From NCBI GenBank assembly GCA_965262915.1, contig OZ253564.1, positions 2,272,001 to 2,336,000 of the forward strand: a stretch of 64,000 nucleotides of DNA. The letters run 5' to 3'. A program made the position numbers and the translations under genes. Of the stretch, positions 42,776 through 52,062 are shown in pieces; within the stretch, counting starts at the first letter, position 1, and every line of letters begins with the position of its first letter. The notes under the pieces were generated by a model. The model did no database searches and was not told where the DNA came from. It worked only from the letters and a program-made list of their open reading frames with translations. The DNA comes from Candidatus Spongiisociaceae bacterium. GTDB taxonomy: Bacteria; Actinomycetota; Acidimicrobiia; Spongiisociales; Spongiisociaceae.

Positions 42776-43966
42776 TTGAATCAGCCTGCCCGCTTCCGAA
42801 GCCTTTATTGGATTGGATGGTTGATCTGGGCTGTCCTGGGTACGTGGTTGCTTGTTCGGCTGCCTGAAAGCCTTCCCTTCGTTACCTGGACACATCGTGA
42901 GGGCGTGATCAACGTCACGTGGTCATTGATCGTTTCCGGGTTGGTGCTGTTCTGGGCCTGGCCGGTTGTGTTCCGTACGACCTGTGTCAAGGACTGTGTG
43001 GTCAGGGCGGGACGGGGGATAGCGGCCGGGCCGTCGATGCTCTGGGCTGGTATGCGCCGTAGCCCGCTCTTCTTCGTCTCGTGGCTGGTGTTACTGGTGG
43101 CGTGGCAGGTGGCGTCCTATGTCGTGCCTGCGGGAACTCTCGAGCATCCCCTGGTTCCAGGTTGGGAATACGTGTTCGGTGACACCTTCTTTGGAATGTC
43201 CAGGTACTGGGCCGTCCGCGTGTTGAACCTTGGGTTCGCGACCTTCAATCTCGAAGGACTGGCGCCTCTTCCCACTTATGGTGGGGAGGCGACCTGGCCG
43301 GCCGTGTTCCTCGCAATCGCTTATCACTCCGGCGCGACCCTTCTCAGGCTGCTGTGTGGCCTGGTGATCGGCATCACGCTCGGTCTCCTGACCGGGCTGG
43401 CCCTTCCCTACTGGCCGGCGGTGCGCCAGACCGCGTGGGCGCCCATGAACTTCCTGAGGATGATCCCCCTCTTGGTGGCGGCTCCGTTCTTGCAGGTTGT
43501 TGCGGGCAACACCTTCTCTGGTATCACCATCTACATAGCCTTCGGAGTGTGGGCGGTCCTGGTGGTGGCCACCATGAATGCGGTAGCCAACGTGCCCGAC
43601 CGGTACATCGAAAGGGCCCGTACCCTGGGCGCCTCCCGGCGGCACACCTATTACAGAGTGATAGTGCCGGGGTCGATTCCAGAATTGCGCTCCGCCTTGC
43701 TGCTCTCCATGGGAGGGGGTTGGTCACTGGCGATAGCCGCCGAGTTCCTGGGTTACTCCTCCGGGCTGGGGTACCTGGCCGACGGGGCGGTACAGGAAAC
43801 CAACACCGCCCAGCTATTGATAGTCGCGTTTATCGTGGCTTTCTATTCTCTCACGACGTTCTTCTTGCTCAACGAGGGATTCAAGAAGGTGGTTAGTTGG
43901 ATGCCACAACGCGACACCGGCAAGACGGATATCGAAGAGGTGGCCGGGGCGGTAAAAGGGGCTTGA
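42776..43966 (+). CDS. ABC permease (SsuC/TauC-like)
   Basis: LRMIP, ERARTLGAS, AAEFLG..SGLGY; RBS GGAGG. Confidence 0.85.
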   Translation: MNQPARFRSLYWIGWLIWAVLGTWLLVRLPESLPFVTWTHREGVINVTWSLIVSGLVLFWAWPVVFRTTCVKDCVVRAGRGIAAGPSMLWAGMRRSPLFFVSWLVLLVAWQVASYVVPAGTLEHPLVPGWEYVFGDTFFGMSRYWAVRVLNLGFATFNLEGLAPLPTYGGEATWPAVFLAIAYHSGATLLRLLCGLVIGITLGLLTGLALPYWPAVRQTAWAPMNFLRMIPLLVAAPFLQVVAGNTFSGITIYIAFGVWAVLVVATMNAVANVPDRYIERARTLGASRRHTYYRVIVPGSIPELRSALLLSMGGGWSLAIAAEFLGYSSGLGYLADGAVQETNTAQLLIVAFIVAFYSLTTFFLLNEGFKKVVSWMPQRDTGKTDIEEVAGAVKGA

Positions 43967-44045
43967 TCACCGAGTTCGCCGGTTGCGGAAGTCCTTGCCC
44001 TCCAAGATCTTGGGAGTGTCCCTCTTCACTTGTGCCGCGAGGGTC

Positions 44046-44096
44046 TGAATCGCCCCGGGTTCTCCGGAGAGTGAGGTGAGAACACGGGGCGATTCA
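44046..44096. mobile_element. 51-bp IS3/IS6110-type miniature element
   Basis: TGAATCGCCCCGGGTTCTC...GAGAACACGGGGCGATTCA. Confidence 0.55.
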
Positions 44097-44315
44097 CGGC
44101 GCGTGCTGGACACACCGCCCATCAACTACCAAGCCGTTCGTTAGCCTACGTTGCCCGCTCCCTGGACCTGCCGAGATCGGGGCGGCTGATCCGGCCCGGG
44201 CTCTCGGGCTATGAATTACTCGCGGGAAGCGCAGGATACGCACTAGACCGTGCCTCCCCGGCGGGTCGCGATGATGTGGGCGCGTTCCTTGGGGTCGGTA
44301 ATGGCGAGGGTGTTC

Positions 44316-45416
44316 TCAGCTAATTGCAGAGTTGAGCCCGAATGCCGACTTGACCGTCTTGATTGTGTGCTCGTCGCGCAGCTTGCAAACGGTGACCTGT
44401 GAAGCGAAGAGCCCCTTCTCCCAGACCGCCTCATCGACGGGCCGTGTGGCGAACCACTCGACCGGGACGACCATCTCGGTCAGTTCCGGGTCGTCTGAGG
44501 CAGCCCGCTCCCTCCACTGTGCGCTTATCCCTGGTTGATCGAGGAGCGATTGCGACTGCCCGCCGATCTCGACTTCGGCATCGCGAGCGAGGGTCATCTC
44601 GCCGGTGACCCGGCCTATACCGACGTAACCGGCTCCGGCCACATATGCGAACACGCGCTTTCCCCGTGTGAGGTTCCGTAGTGGCTTCCAGTACCACGAT
44701 CCACCGCCTGCGTTGAGAAGCCCGTACTTGCTCGCTATCGACCAGCGGCCGGGGTCATCGGTTCGACCGAGCACGCTGTAGAAGTCCCGGCCGTTCCACG
44801 GCCGGGACTTGCGCCGCGATGGTCGTTGGGCGGTGGCCTCGGTCGGCTGAGGATCGAGCAGCCACGTCCGAGCGAGGTAGTCACGGTCGTCGTCGCTGAA
44901 GTGGCGGAAGAAGACGGCGTTGATGGGCACGCCGTAAGACTCTGCGAGGAACTCGACGATGCGATCAGATGTCGGGTCGAGTTCAGACGCGATGATCGTG
45001 AACTGCTGTTCGGCATTGACGACGTCCGGCAGTGGGCTGCCGAATCGCTCAGCGAAGGCCGCACCGAGGTCGGTTTCGCCGTCGTGGTGGTCAAAGTAGA
45101 TCTTCTCGAGGTCCTCAAGGCCTAGAACCCGCACCCAGGACCCGTAGTCGAGCGCTTGGGCAACTACGTCTCGAGGGGTCCGATCGCGCTTTAGCTCGAG
45201 AACATGGACGCGACCGTCGGCATCGAGCGCCAGAAGGTCTATGTATCCGCCATACCCCGTCCGTACCTGCCTTCCGATGATGAGTAGGTCGATACCACTC
45301 ATGCCGGGGTCCTCGGCGAGCATGTCCTCAAGGCGCTCCTCCAGATCGAGCGGGAGCAGCGGCAACTGACGCGGTCCGGCTTCGGTCATCCGCCAGATTG
45401 CCATCTCTACAGCCAT
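44316..45416 (-). CDS. NucS/DUF91-like endonuclease domain protein
   Basis: LEERLED, GRQV, IDLLALD, VLELKRDRTPRDVVAQALDY. Confidence 0.82.
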   Translation of the reverse strand: MAVEMAIWRMTEAGPRQLPLLPLDLEERLEDMLAEDPGMSGIDLLIIGRQVRTGYGGYIDLLALDADGRVHVLELKRDRTPRDVVAQALDYGSWVRVLGLEDLEKIYFDHHDGETDLGAAFAERFGSPLPDVVNAEQQFTIIASELDPTSDRIVEFLAESYGVPINAVFFRHFSDDDRDYLARTWLLDPQPTEATAQRPSRRKSRPWNGRDFYSVLGRTDDPGRWSIASKYGLLNAGGGSWYWKPLRNLTRGKRVFAYVAGAGYVGIGRVTGEMTLARDAEVEIGGQSQSLLDQPGISAQWRERAASDDPELTEMVVPVEWFATRPVDEAVWEKGLFASQVTVCKLRDEHTIKTVKSAFGLNSAIS

Positions 45417-45967
45417 TTGAGTCCTCTCGCCGCTGGAGATTCCATGATGCCACCGGGTTGTGACACTCACCCAGGGCGGACACCAGCCGAGGCAGTATTT
45501 TAGGCTTTGTAGCGGATGATGGTTCCACCGGACGGTCACCACGAACGGGTGTGGCTAACCCGTCTGGTGGACCGTTCCGGCGTGCTGGTCTGCTCGGGGG
45601 TCACCAAGGCGGACCCCGACTGGCTGACTAGAGGCCGGCCTACGCCGAACCGATTTCCTTCCGGGGTGGCCCGGGCCAAATGGCCAACGAAGGTGGCCCT
45701 AGTCGTGCTTCTGGCCGCGACCGTCTTCGATCGGTACTGGGTATGGGGTCTGGTCTTCCTCTATTGGGCGGCTATCAGCGTCAAGCGGGCCCACGGTTAA
45801 CGACCAATGGTCCAGAGGCGTCAGCTCCCGGAGTCCACAGACTGCCGGAGTGCGTGGTTGGAGGTGGGAAGGCGAGTCGGACCGGCCGCTGTAGGTCACA
45901 GAGGGACGGGTCTCATCGTGTGAAGATAACTGGAATGAACCTGGCGGACGGCCAACGTCACCAACTC

Positions 45968-46230
45968 ATCACCGAGAATGAAGTTTTAATTCCGCTGCCT
46001 TGTCGAGGTCGTTGAGAGTATTGCGCGCCGCCTGCAGCGCAATCTCTAGTTCTCGGTCCGCATCGGACGACCGGCGTAACTCGCCGCGTTCAAAGCGTTC
46101 GAGAATCTCGCGCTCTTCGTCAGTCAGTTCGTAGTTCACGGGTCTACCTCCCCCAATAGTATCTCATCGCCTTGCGACTGGGAATAACCGTCTTAAGGAA
46201 ACGGGTGCCGTCGGCCTCGGTGACGAACGG
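45968..46230 (-). pseudogene. BrnT/BrnA-like TA relic (toxin C-terminus plus antitoxin N-terminus)
   Basis: PFVTEADGTRFLKTVIPSRKA followed by VNYELTDEEREILERFERGE. Confidence 0.55.
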
Positions 46231-46482
46231 CGGCTGCGACAGGTCAAGAGCCGACTACGATGATCTGGGGTTTGGTGACCGGCAGTCGCGTCGGAGTGAC
46301 TACGCGGGCGAGCGCGCTCCGCCTATCCGCTAGTCTTCATAGGTGTTATAGCCAACTGCGAAGGTGGGCGGCGCTGTGCGAGACTAGCCCTCCATGTTTG
46401 GCCCGACGCTTCGTCGAGTTGAATCCGCAAGCGACGGAGCCGTAGCAACCCCACCCGCATACCACCCCTTGGACGTGACCCA

Positions 46483-48348
46483 ATGGCTGAATCCCTACAT
46501 CTGGTCGCGCGTGCAGACTTGCGCAACGTGGCGATCATCGCTCATGTCGACCACGGCAAGACCACCCTCGTCGATGCCATGCTCTGGCAGTCCGGCGCCT
46601 TTCGGGCCAATGAGACGGTCGCCGAGCGCGTTATGGACTCGATGGACCTAGAGAGGGAAAAGGGCATCACGATCCTCGCCAAGAACACCGCGGTCCGCTA
46701 CGTCCGCGACAGCGGCGAGGAGATCAAGATCAACATCGTCGACACACCCGGGCACTCTGATTTCGGTGGTGAGGTAGAGCGGGCTCTGACGATGGTCGAC
46801 GGGGTACTCCTCCTGGTGGACTCGAGCGAGGGTCCGCTACCACAGACACGGTTCGTGCTCCGCAAGGCGCTGGCACTCGACCTGCCTGTCGTGTTGGTGA
46901 TCAACAAGATCGATCGGCCTGATTCCCGTATCTCCGAAGTCGTCGACGAGGTCTACGAGTTGTTCTTCGACCTCGACGCCAAAGAACATCAGATCGACTT
47001 CCCGATCGTTTACACGAACGCTCGCCGTGGCACTGCAACGCTGGATCCCCTGCAGCCGGGCAGCGACCTGCGGCCCATGTTCGAAACGCTACTCGAGACC
47101 GTTCAGCCACCTCGCCACGATCCGGAGCATCCACTCCAAGCCTGGATCACCGACCTCGACTCCAACCCGTACGTCGGCCGCATCGCGATTTGTCGTATCA
47201 TGCACGGAACCATCAAAAAGGGTCAATACGTGGCGTGGTGCCGCAGCGACGGAACAACCACCACAGCCAAGATCACCGACCTATATGTCACCGAGAGCCT
47301 CAACCGAGTAGATTCCGACGCCGCCGGCGCCGGCGAGATCATCGCCATTTCCGGCATCCCCGACATCACCATCGGCGAAACACTCGCCGATCTCGCCAGG
47401 CCCGTTCCTCTTCCTGTGATCGCGGTGGAGGAGCCGAGCCTCTCGATGACGATCGGTACCAATACGTCTCCAATGGCTGGACTCGACGGTGAAAAGGTGA
47501 CCGCCCGCCTCATCAAGAATCGTCTCGATGCCGAACTGGTCGGCAACGTGTCGATTCGAGTGTCGGACACCGACCGTCCCGACACCTGGGAAGTTCAGGG
47601 ACGGGGCGAGCTTCAGCTCGCCGTGTTAGTGGAAATCATGCGTCGTGAGGGCTTCGAGATGACCGTCGGCAAGCCCGAAGTCGTCACACGAACCGTCGGA
47701 GGACGCCTCCACGAGCCGACCGAGCGCATCACCATTGATGTCCCCGAGGAATTCGTTGGTGCGACAACCCGGCTCTTCGGCGAGCGTAAGGCCCGCATGG
47801 TGAACATGTCGAACCATGGCACCGGATGGGTTCGTCTCGACTACATCGTGGCGGCCCGTGGACTCATCGGCTTCCGCACCGAGTTCCTCACGGAGACTCG
47901 TGGCACCGGTCTCATGGGCAGCGTGTTCGAAGGCTACACCCCGTGGTTGGGGGAGCTTCGCTCTCGCCGCTCAGGCTCGATCGTCGCCGATCGCAGGGGC
48001 GCGGTCACCGCTTACGCCGTTGCCGCCCTGCAGGACCGGACTTCGCTGTTCGTCACTCCCGGCGACGAGGTCTACGAGGGCATGGTTATCGGCGAGAACC
48101 CGCGGCTCGACGATATGAACGTCAACATCGGCCGTGAGAAGAAACAGACCAACGTGCGCGCTGCCGCTTCCGACGACACCGTCCGTCTGACCCCACCCCG
48201 CATCCTGTCGCTCGAGCAATCTCTCGAATTCATCGCCGATGACGAGTGCGTTGAGGTCACCCCGCACTTCCTTCGCCTCCGTAAGGTGGTTCTCGAGGCC
48301 GGGGTACGCGGCCGCAACAAGAAACGCCTCCAGCGCAGCCCGTGTTGA
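46483..48348 (+). CDS. typA: translational GTPase TypA/BipA
   Basis: [25 protein letters not shown] and C-terminal EVTP..RLRK. Confidence 0.96.
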   Translation: MAESLHLVARADLRNVAIIAHVDHGKTTLVDAMLWQSGAFRANETVAERVMDSMDLEREKGITILAKNTAVRYVRDSGEEIKINIVDTPGHSDFGGEVERALTMVDGVLLLVDSSEGPLPQTRFVLRKALALDLPVVLVINKIDRPDSRISEVVDEVYELFFDLDAKEHQIDFPIVYTNARRGTATLDPLQPGSDLRPMFETLLETVQPPRHDPEHPLQAWITDLDSNPYVGRIAICRIMHGTIKKGQYVAWCRSDGTTTTAKITDLYVTESLNRVDSDAAGAGEIIAISGIPDITIGETLADLARPVPLPVIAVEEPSLSMTIGTNTSPMAGLDGEKVTARLIKNRLDAELVGNVSIRVSDTDRPDTWEVQGRGELQLAVLVEIMRREGFEMTVGKPEVVTRTVGGRLHEPTERITIDVPEEFVGATTRLFGERKARMVNMSNHGTGWVRLDYIVAARGLIGFRTEFLTETRGTGLMGSVFEGYTPWLGELRSRRSGSIVADRRGAVTAYAVAALQDRTSLFVTPGDEVYEGMVIGENPRLDDMNVNIGREKKQTNVRAAASDDTVRLTPPRILSLEQSLEFIADDECVEVTPHFLRLRKVVLEAGVRGRNKKRLQRSPC

Positions 48349-48396
48349 AGGATCCACACTCCCGTACGCCAACATCCCTGGACCTGATGCACCAGG

Positions 48397-48600
48397 TGGA
48401 GTTCCCCCCGTGTGCTGGACACTTGGTTTATGCGGCCGTGTGATGGTGGTAGTTGTCCTCCCATTCGTTCGGTGGCTGATGTCCGATCGTGGAATGAAGC
48501 CGGCGGGATCGACTCCACAATCGTCAAGGTCCATCCCGACGGTACCGGCGCCCACAAGAAGGGGGTCCACAGTCCATCGGGAAGTCCTGGGGTGGGCAGC
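48397..48600 (+). mobile_element. IS3-type end followed by an IS5-family transposase fragment
   Basis: TGGAGTTCCCCCCGTGTGCTGGACAC; IDSTIVKVHPDGTGAHKKG. Confidence 0.6.
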
Positions 48601-48728
48601 CGGAGCGAGGCACAGTTCCGTCCCGGGGCATAGTCCCATTCCTAAAGCGGTGGGGTTGGGGGCACACAGCTAGTTCGGTGACGGGGCACCTCCAGCCAGG
48701 CGAACCCCGACCAGGTGGGAACGTAGGT

Positions 48729-48830
48729 GTAGGGTCGGACCGGGGCGCCCTTCCTGCTTTTGAGCTGGCGGGTTTCCCCGGCCCGCCCTCCGAACCGGAC
48801 GTGCAACTTCGGGTGCATCCGGCTCTCCAT
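48729..48830 (-). ncRNA. group II intron 3' relic (domains V-VI)
   Basis: GAGCCGGATGCA..TGCACGTCCGGTTC (DV), DVI hairpin, end CGACCCTAC; the following exon reads TYVPTWSGFA. Confidence 0.85.
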
Positions 48831-48990
48831 GTGTTCATGCCACTACTGGCTCAGCCTGTGTCTGCATCACACGTTCCCGCCGCTCGGCCTCAACCAGCCT
48901 CACCTACTCCCCTGATCTTCGGTCCCTTCCGGAGAAGAGTCTCTACAGCCTCTCTGTAGAGACTCACCCTGTTGATCCCCTAACCGAAAA

Positions 48991-49016
48991 CTGTCCACGA
49001 AAGTGGGGTACCTCCA
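48991..49016 (-). mobile_element. orphan IS3-family terminal inverted repeat
   Basis: Reverse complement TGGAGGTACCCCACTTTCGTGGACAG. Confidence 0.5.
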
Positions 49017-49050
49017 GTGTGACAAACTATCATCGTCAACGGGCTTATCA

Positions 49051-51702
49051 ATGGAGGTGTTCATTTCGTTTCTCGGTAGGCGGCTATGTGGGCTGAGGAC
49101 GGCGTGCGTGCTGGGCGTGCTGCTGACCCTGTCCTGGCCCGCCTTGGCCCACGACACGACGTCTACCGCTCCGCCCGCCGCGCCCGGCCAACTCACCGGG
49201 ACGGTGATTCACGCTGGGATGGTGGAATTGGACTGGAGCGACGTGGCCGAAGCGACCGCCTACCGGATTCAGGCGTGGGACGGCAGCGACTTTTTCGACG
49301 TACCGAGCCGGAACCTGGTGACGGGCAACAAGGTTGAGGTGCTGTTCTACGGTTCCTTGGCGATACTGACCGGGCTGCCACACGAGGGGGTCTACTACTT
49401 CCGGGTACAGGCCGTCAACGCTGCGGGCGCGTCGGAGTGGTCGGAAATCCTCTTCCTGTCCAATATCTCGCCGGACCTGGTTGATGAGCCTCTGCCCACC
49501 TTTGCGCCCACGCCGACTCCCGAACCCACACCGGCGACGCAGCCGGCAGCGGAAGCGCCGTCGGTCCCGCGGAACCTGGCCGGCCACGCCTCCTGCGGTT
49601 CCATCACCCTGAACTGGAACGTCCCGGCGGATGGTGCGGTCACCGGCTACCGGATATTGCGCCGCCGCCCGTCTGAAGGCGAAAGGACCCTGCTGGTGTA
49701 CGTGGCCGACACGGGCAGTTCCGCCACCACCTACACCGACATCGACGTGGAACCGGGCGTGGAGTACGTCTATCGGGTCAAGGCGGTCAACCGGGGCGAG
49801 GTTGGGCCGCAGTCCAACTACCACAATGTCAAGATGCCTCCATCCGCTCTGACGCCGGCGGGGACGCCGGGGAACCTGTGCGCGACAGTAGTCGGCGATG
49901 TCATCCGACTGGCCTGGGACGCGCCGGCCGACATTGCAGTAACCGGCTATCAGGTGTTGCGGCGTCGCCCGCCGGCGGGTGAGAAGAGGCTGCGGGTGTA
50001 TGAGGAGAACACGGGCAGCGCGGCCACCACTTACATGGACCGGAACGTGGAATCGGGGATACGGTACGTGTACCGGGTGAAGGCCGTCAGCGCCGAGGGG
50101 GTTGGCTCGCAGTCCAACTACGTCAACATCAATGTGCCGCGCCAACCCGCCACGCCGGAACCGGCGCCCGCGCTGACGGCGGACTTCCACGCGACGCCGG
50201 AGTCCCACGACGGACAGACTCCCTTCACCTTCGAGCTTCGGTTCAGCGAGGAGATTGAGAGTCTGCAGTACCGGACGGTGCGGTACCTTGCCCTCCAGTT
50301 GTCCGGCGGCTTGGTGGTGGAGGCGCGGCGGCCGGCCCCGCCCAGCCGCGTCCGCTGGGAGATCACCATTGACCCCGACGGCTCCGGCGACGTGACGGTC
50401 GTGCTGCCCGTCACCGGGGCCTGCGACGACCTTGAGGCCATCTGCACCGGGGACGGAAGGGAGCTGTCCAACCGGACCGAGCTGACCGTCGCCGGTCCCG
50501 CAGTGCAGGACGCAACGGCACCTGCGCAGCAGCAGCGACCCAACTTCCGGGCCACCGGCGCGCCCACCATCAGCGGCACAGCGCAGGTCGGACACGCTCT
50601 GACGGCTGACGTATCGGCCATCTCCGATACGGATGGTCTGACCGGGGTGAGCTTCACCTACCAGTGGCTGACTGATAACACGCCAATCGACGGTGCGGCC
50701 GGTACGTCCTACACGCTCACCGAAGCCGAGGAAGGCAAGATCGTCAGAGTGAAAGCGAGCTTCGCCGACGACGCCGGCAACGCCGAGGCGATGGAGAGCG
50801 CCCCCACGGCTGCCGTGGCGCCCGTGGAGGCGCTGACAGCAGCGTTCCAGGACGCACCGGCCCATCACGACGGCGCAGAGCCATTCACGGTTCGGATCGC
50901 CTTCAGCGAGCCAGTCGCCACCAGCCACCAGCCCTCGATGTTCTCCTCCCTGGAATTAACGGGCGGCCAATTCATCAGCGCGGGGCGCGTTGACGGTCGC
51001 CATGACCTTTGGGAGATCATCGTGCGTCCGGCGCATAACCATCCCGGAGAGATTCACATCATGCTGCCCACAGGCCTCCCGTGCGACCTCCCGGGATCCA
51101 TCTGTACCGAAGACGGCAAGCGGCTCTCCATCTGGATAGAACTCACCGTCCCCTCCCTTCCCGTGTACCTCACGTTCGATGACGGCCCCCACAGCACGCA
51201 TACCCCCCAAATACTGGACATACTGGCCCGTTACGGCGCCCGGTCCACGTTCTTCGTGATAGGGGTGCACGCTGCGCAACATCCCGACCTCATTGAACGC
51301 ATGGTCGCAGAGGGCCACACCGTCGGCAACCACACCTACCGCCATGAACGGCTCAACGACCTGTCGCTGGAATCGTTCAACGATACCGTGGGACGTACTC
51401 AGGAACTGCTTGGAGACCATGGCGCGGCTTGTCTGCGGGCCCCCTTCGGCGCCGCCAATGCTCTCACCGAGGAACGGGCCCGGGCATTGGGGCTGGAACT
51501 GATACCCTGGACGGTGAACACTTATGACTGGAGCAATTCCGGGGTGGACAGCATCGTCGATCATATATTGACGGGAGTCTCTCCCGAGGCGATCATCCTG
51601 ATGCACGATGGCGTGGGTAACGGTCAGATTGTTCAGGCTTTGGACACCGCGCTGCGCCGCCTGTCGGCACTGGGTGTGCGATTCGAACCTGTCTGCCGCT
51701 GA
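49051..51702 (+). CDS. secreted 3xFN3/Ig-like protein with C-terminal polysaccharide deacetylase (NodB)
   Basis: Signal peptide (ALA-H), FN3 motifs W..P..Y..YRVKA, LTFDDGP, GNHTYRH, RAPFG, LMHD. Confidence 0.88.
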   Translation: MEVFISFLGRRLCGLRTACVLGVLLTLSWPALAHDTTSTAPPAAPGQLTGTVIHAGMVELDWSDVAEATAYRIQAWDGSDFFDVPSRNLVTGNKVEVLFYGSLAILTGLPHEGVYYFRVQAVNAAGASEWSEILFLSNISPDLVDEPLPTFAPTPTPEPTPATQPAAEAPSVPRNLAGHASCGSITLNWNVPADGAVTGYRILRRRPSEGERTLLVYVADTGSSATTYTDIDVEPGVEYVYRVKAVNRGEVGPQSNYHNVKMPPSALTPAGTPGNLCATVVGDVIRLAWDAPADIAVTGYQVLRRRPPAGEKRLRVYEENTGSAATTYMDRNVESGIRYVYRVKAVSAEGVGSQSNYVNINVPRQPATPEPAPALTADFHATPESHDGQTPFTFELRFSEEIESLQYRTVRYLALQLSGGLVVEARRPAPPSRVRWEITIDPDGSGDVTVVLPVTGACDDLEAICTGDGRELSNRTELTVAGPAVQDATAPAQQQRPNFRATGAPTISGTAQVGHALTADVSAISDTDGLTGVSFTYQWLTDNTPIDGAAGTSYTLTEAEEGKIVRVKASFADDAGNAEAMESAPTAAVAPVEALTAAFQDAPAHHDGAEPFTVRIAFSEPVATSHQPSMFSSLELTGGQFISAGRVDGRHDLWEIIVRPAHNHPGEIHIMLPTGLPCDLPGSICTEDGKRLSIWIELTVPSLPVYLTFDDGPHSTHTPQILDILARYGARSTFFVIGVHAAQHPDLIERMVAEGHTVGNHTYRHERLNDLSLESFNDTVGRTQELLGDHGAACLRAPFGAANALTEERARALGLELIPWTVNTYDWSNSGVDSIVDHILTGVSPEAIILMHDGVGNGQIVQALDTALRRLSALGVRFEPVCR

Positions 51703-52062
51703 GCGGTTCCCCCGGGGAGAGGCCCGATCGCGGACTCTAGGATATTCACATACGTCGCACCGCATCCGGCAACGGGTCTGGCCTCGCTGAGGGGTCGTAT
51801 TCACTCGGTGTGTACCTGCTGGTATCTACCAACGCTCTAGCTACGGTGGGATAGCCGATAGCGAACAACAACGTTCCAGCGAGGAGGCCATCTGAGACCG
51901 ACTTCTGAGCTATTTCCGGCATTGCCGTACCCCACCCGTAGCAAAGCTGCATTTAACAACCCGCTCACCCGATGGCGGTGCGGCCCTTCGATCATCGTTC
52001 TAACACGGTCCGGATACTATTCGGAGGTTTCGGACGGGTTTTCCTCCACACATGGGGGCGGT

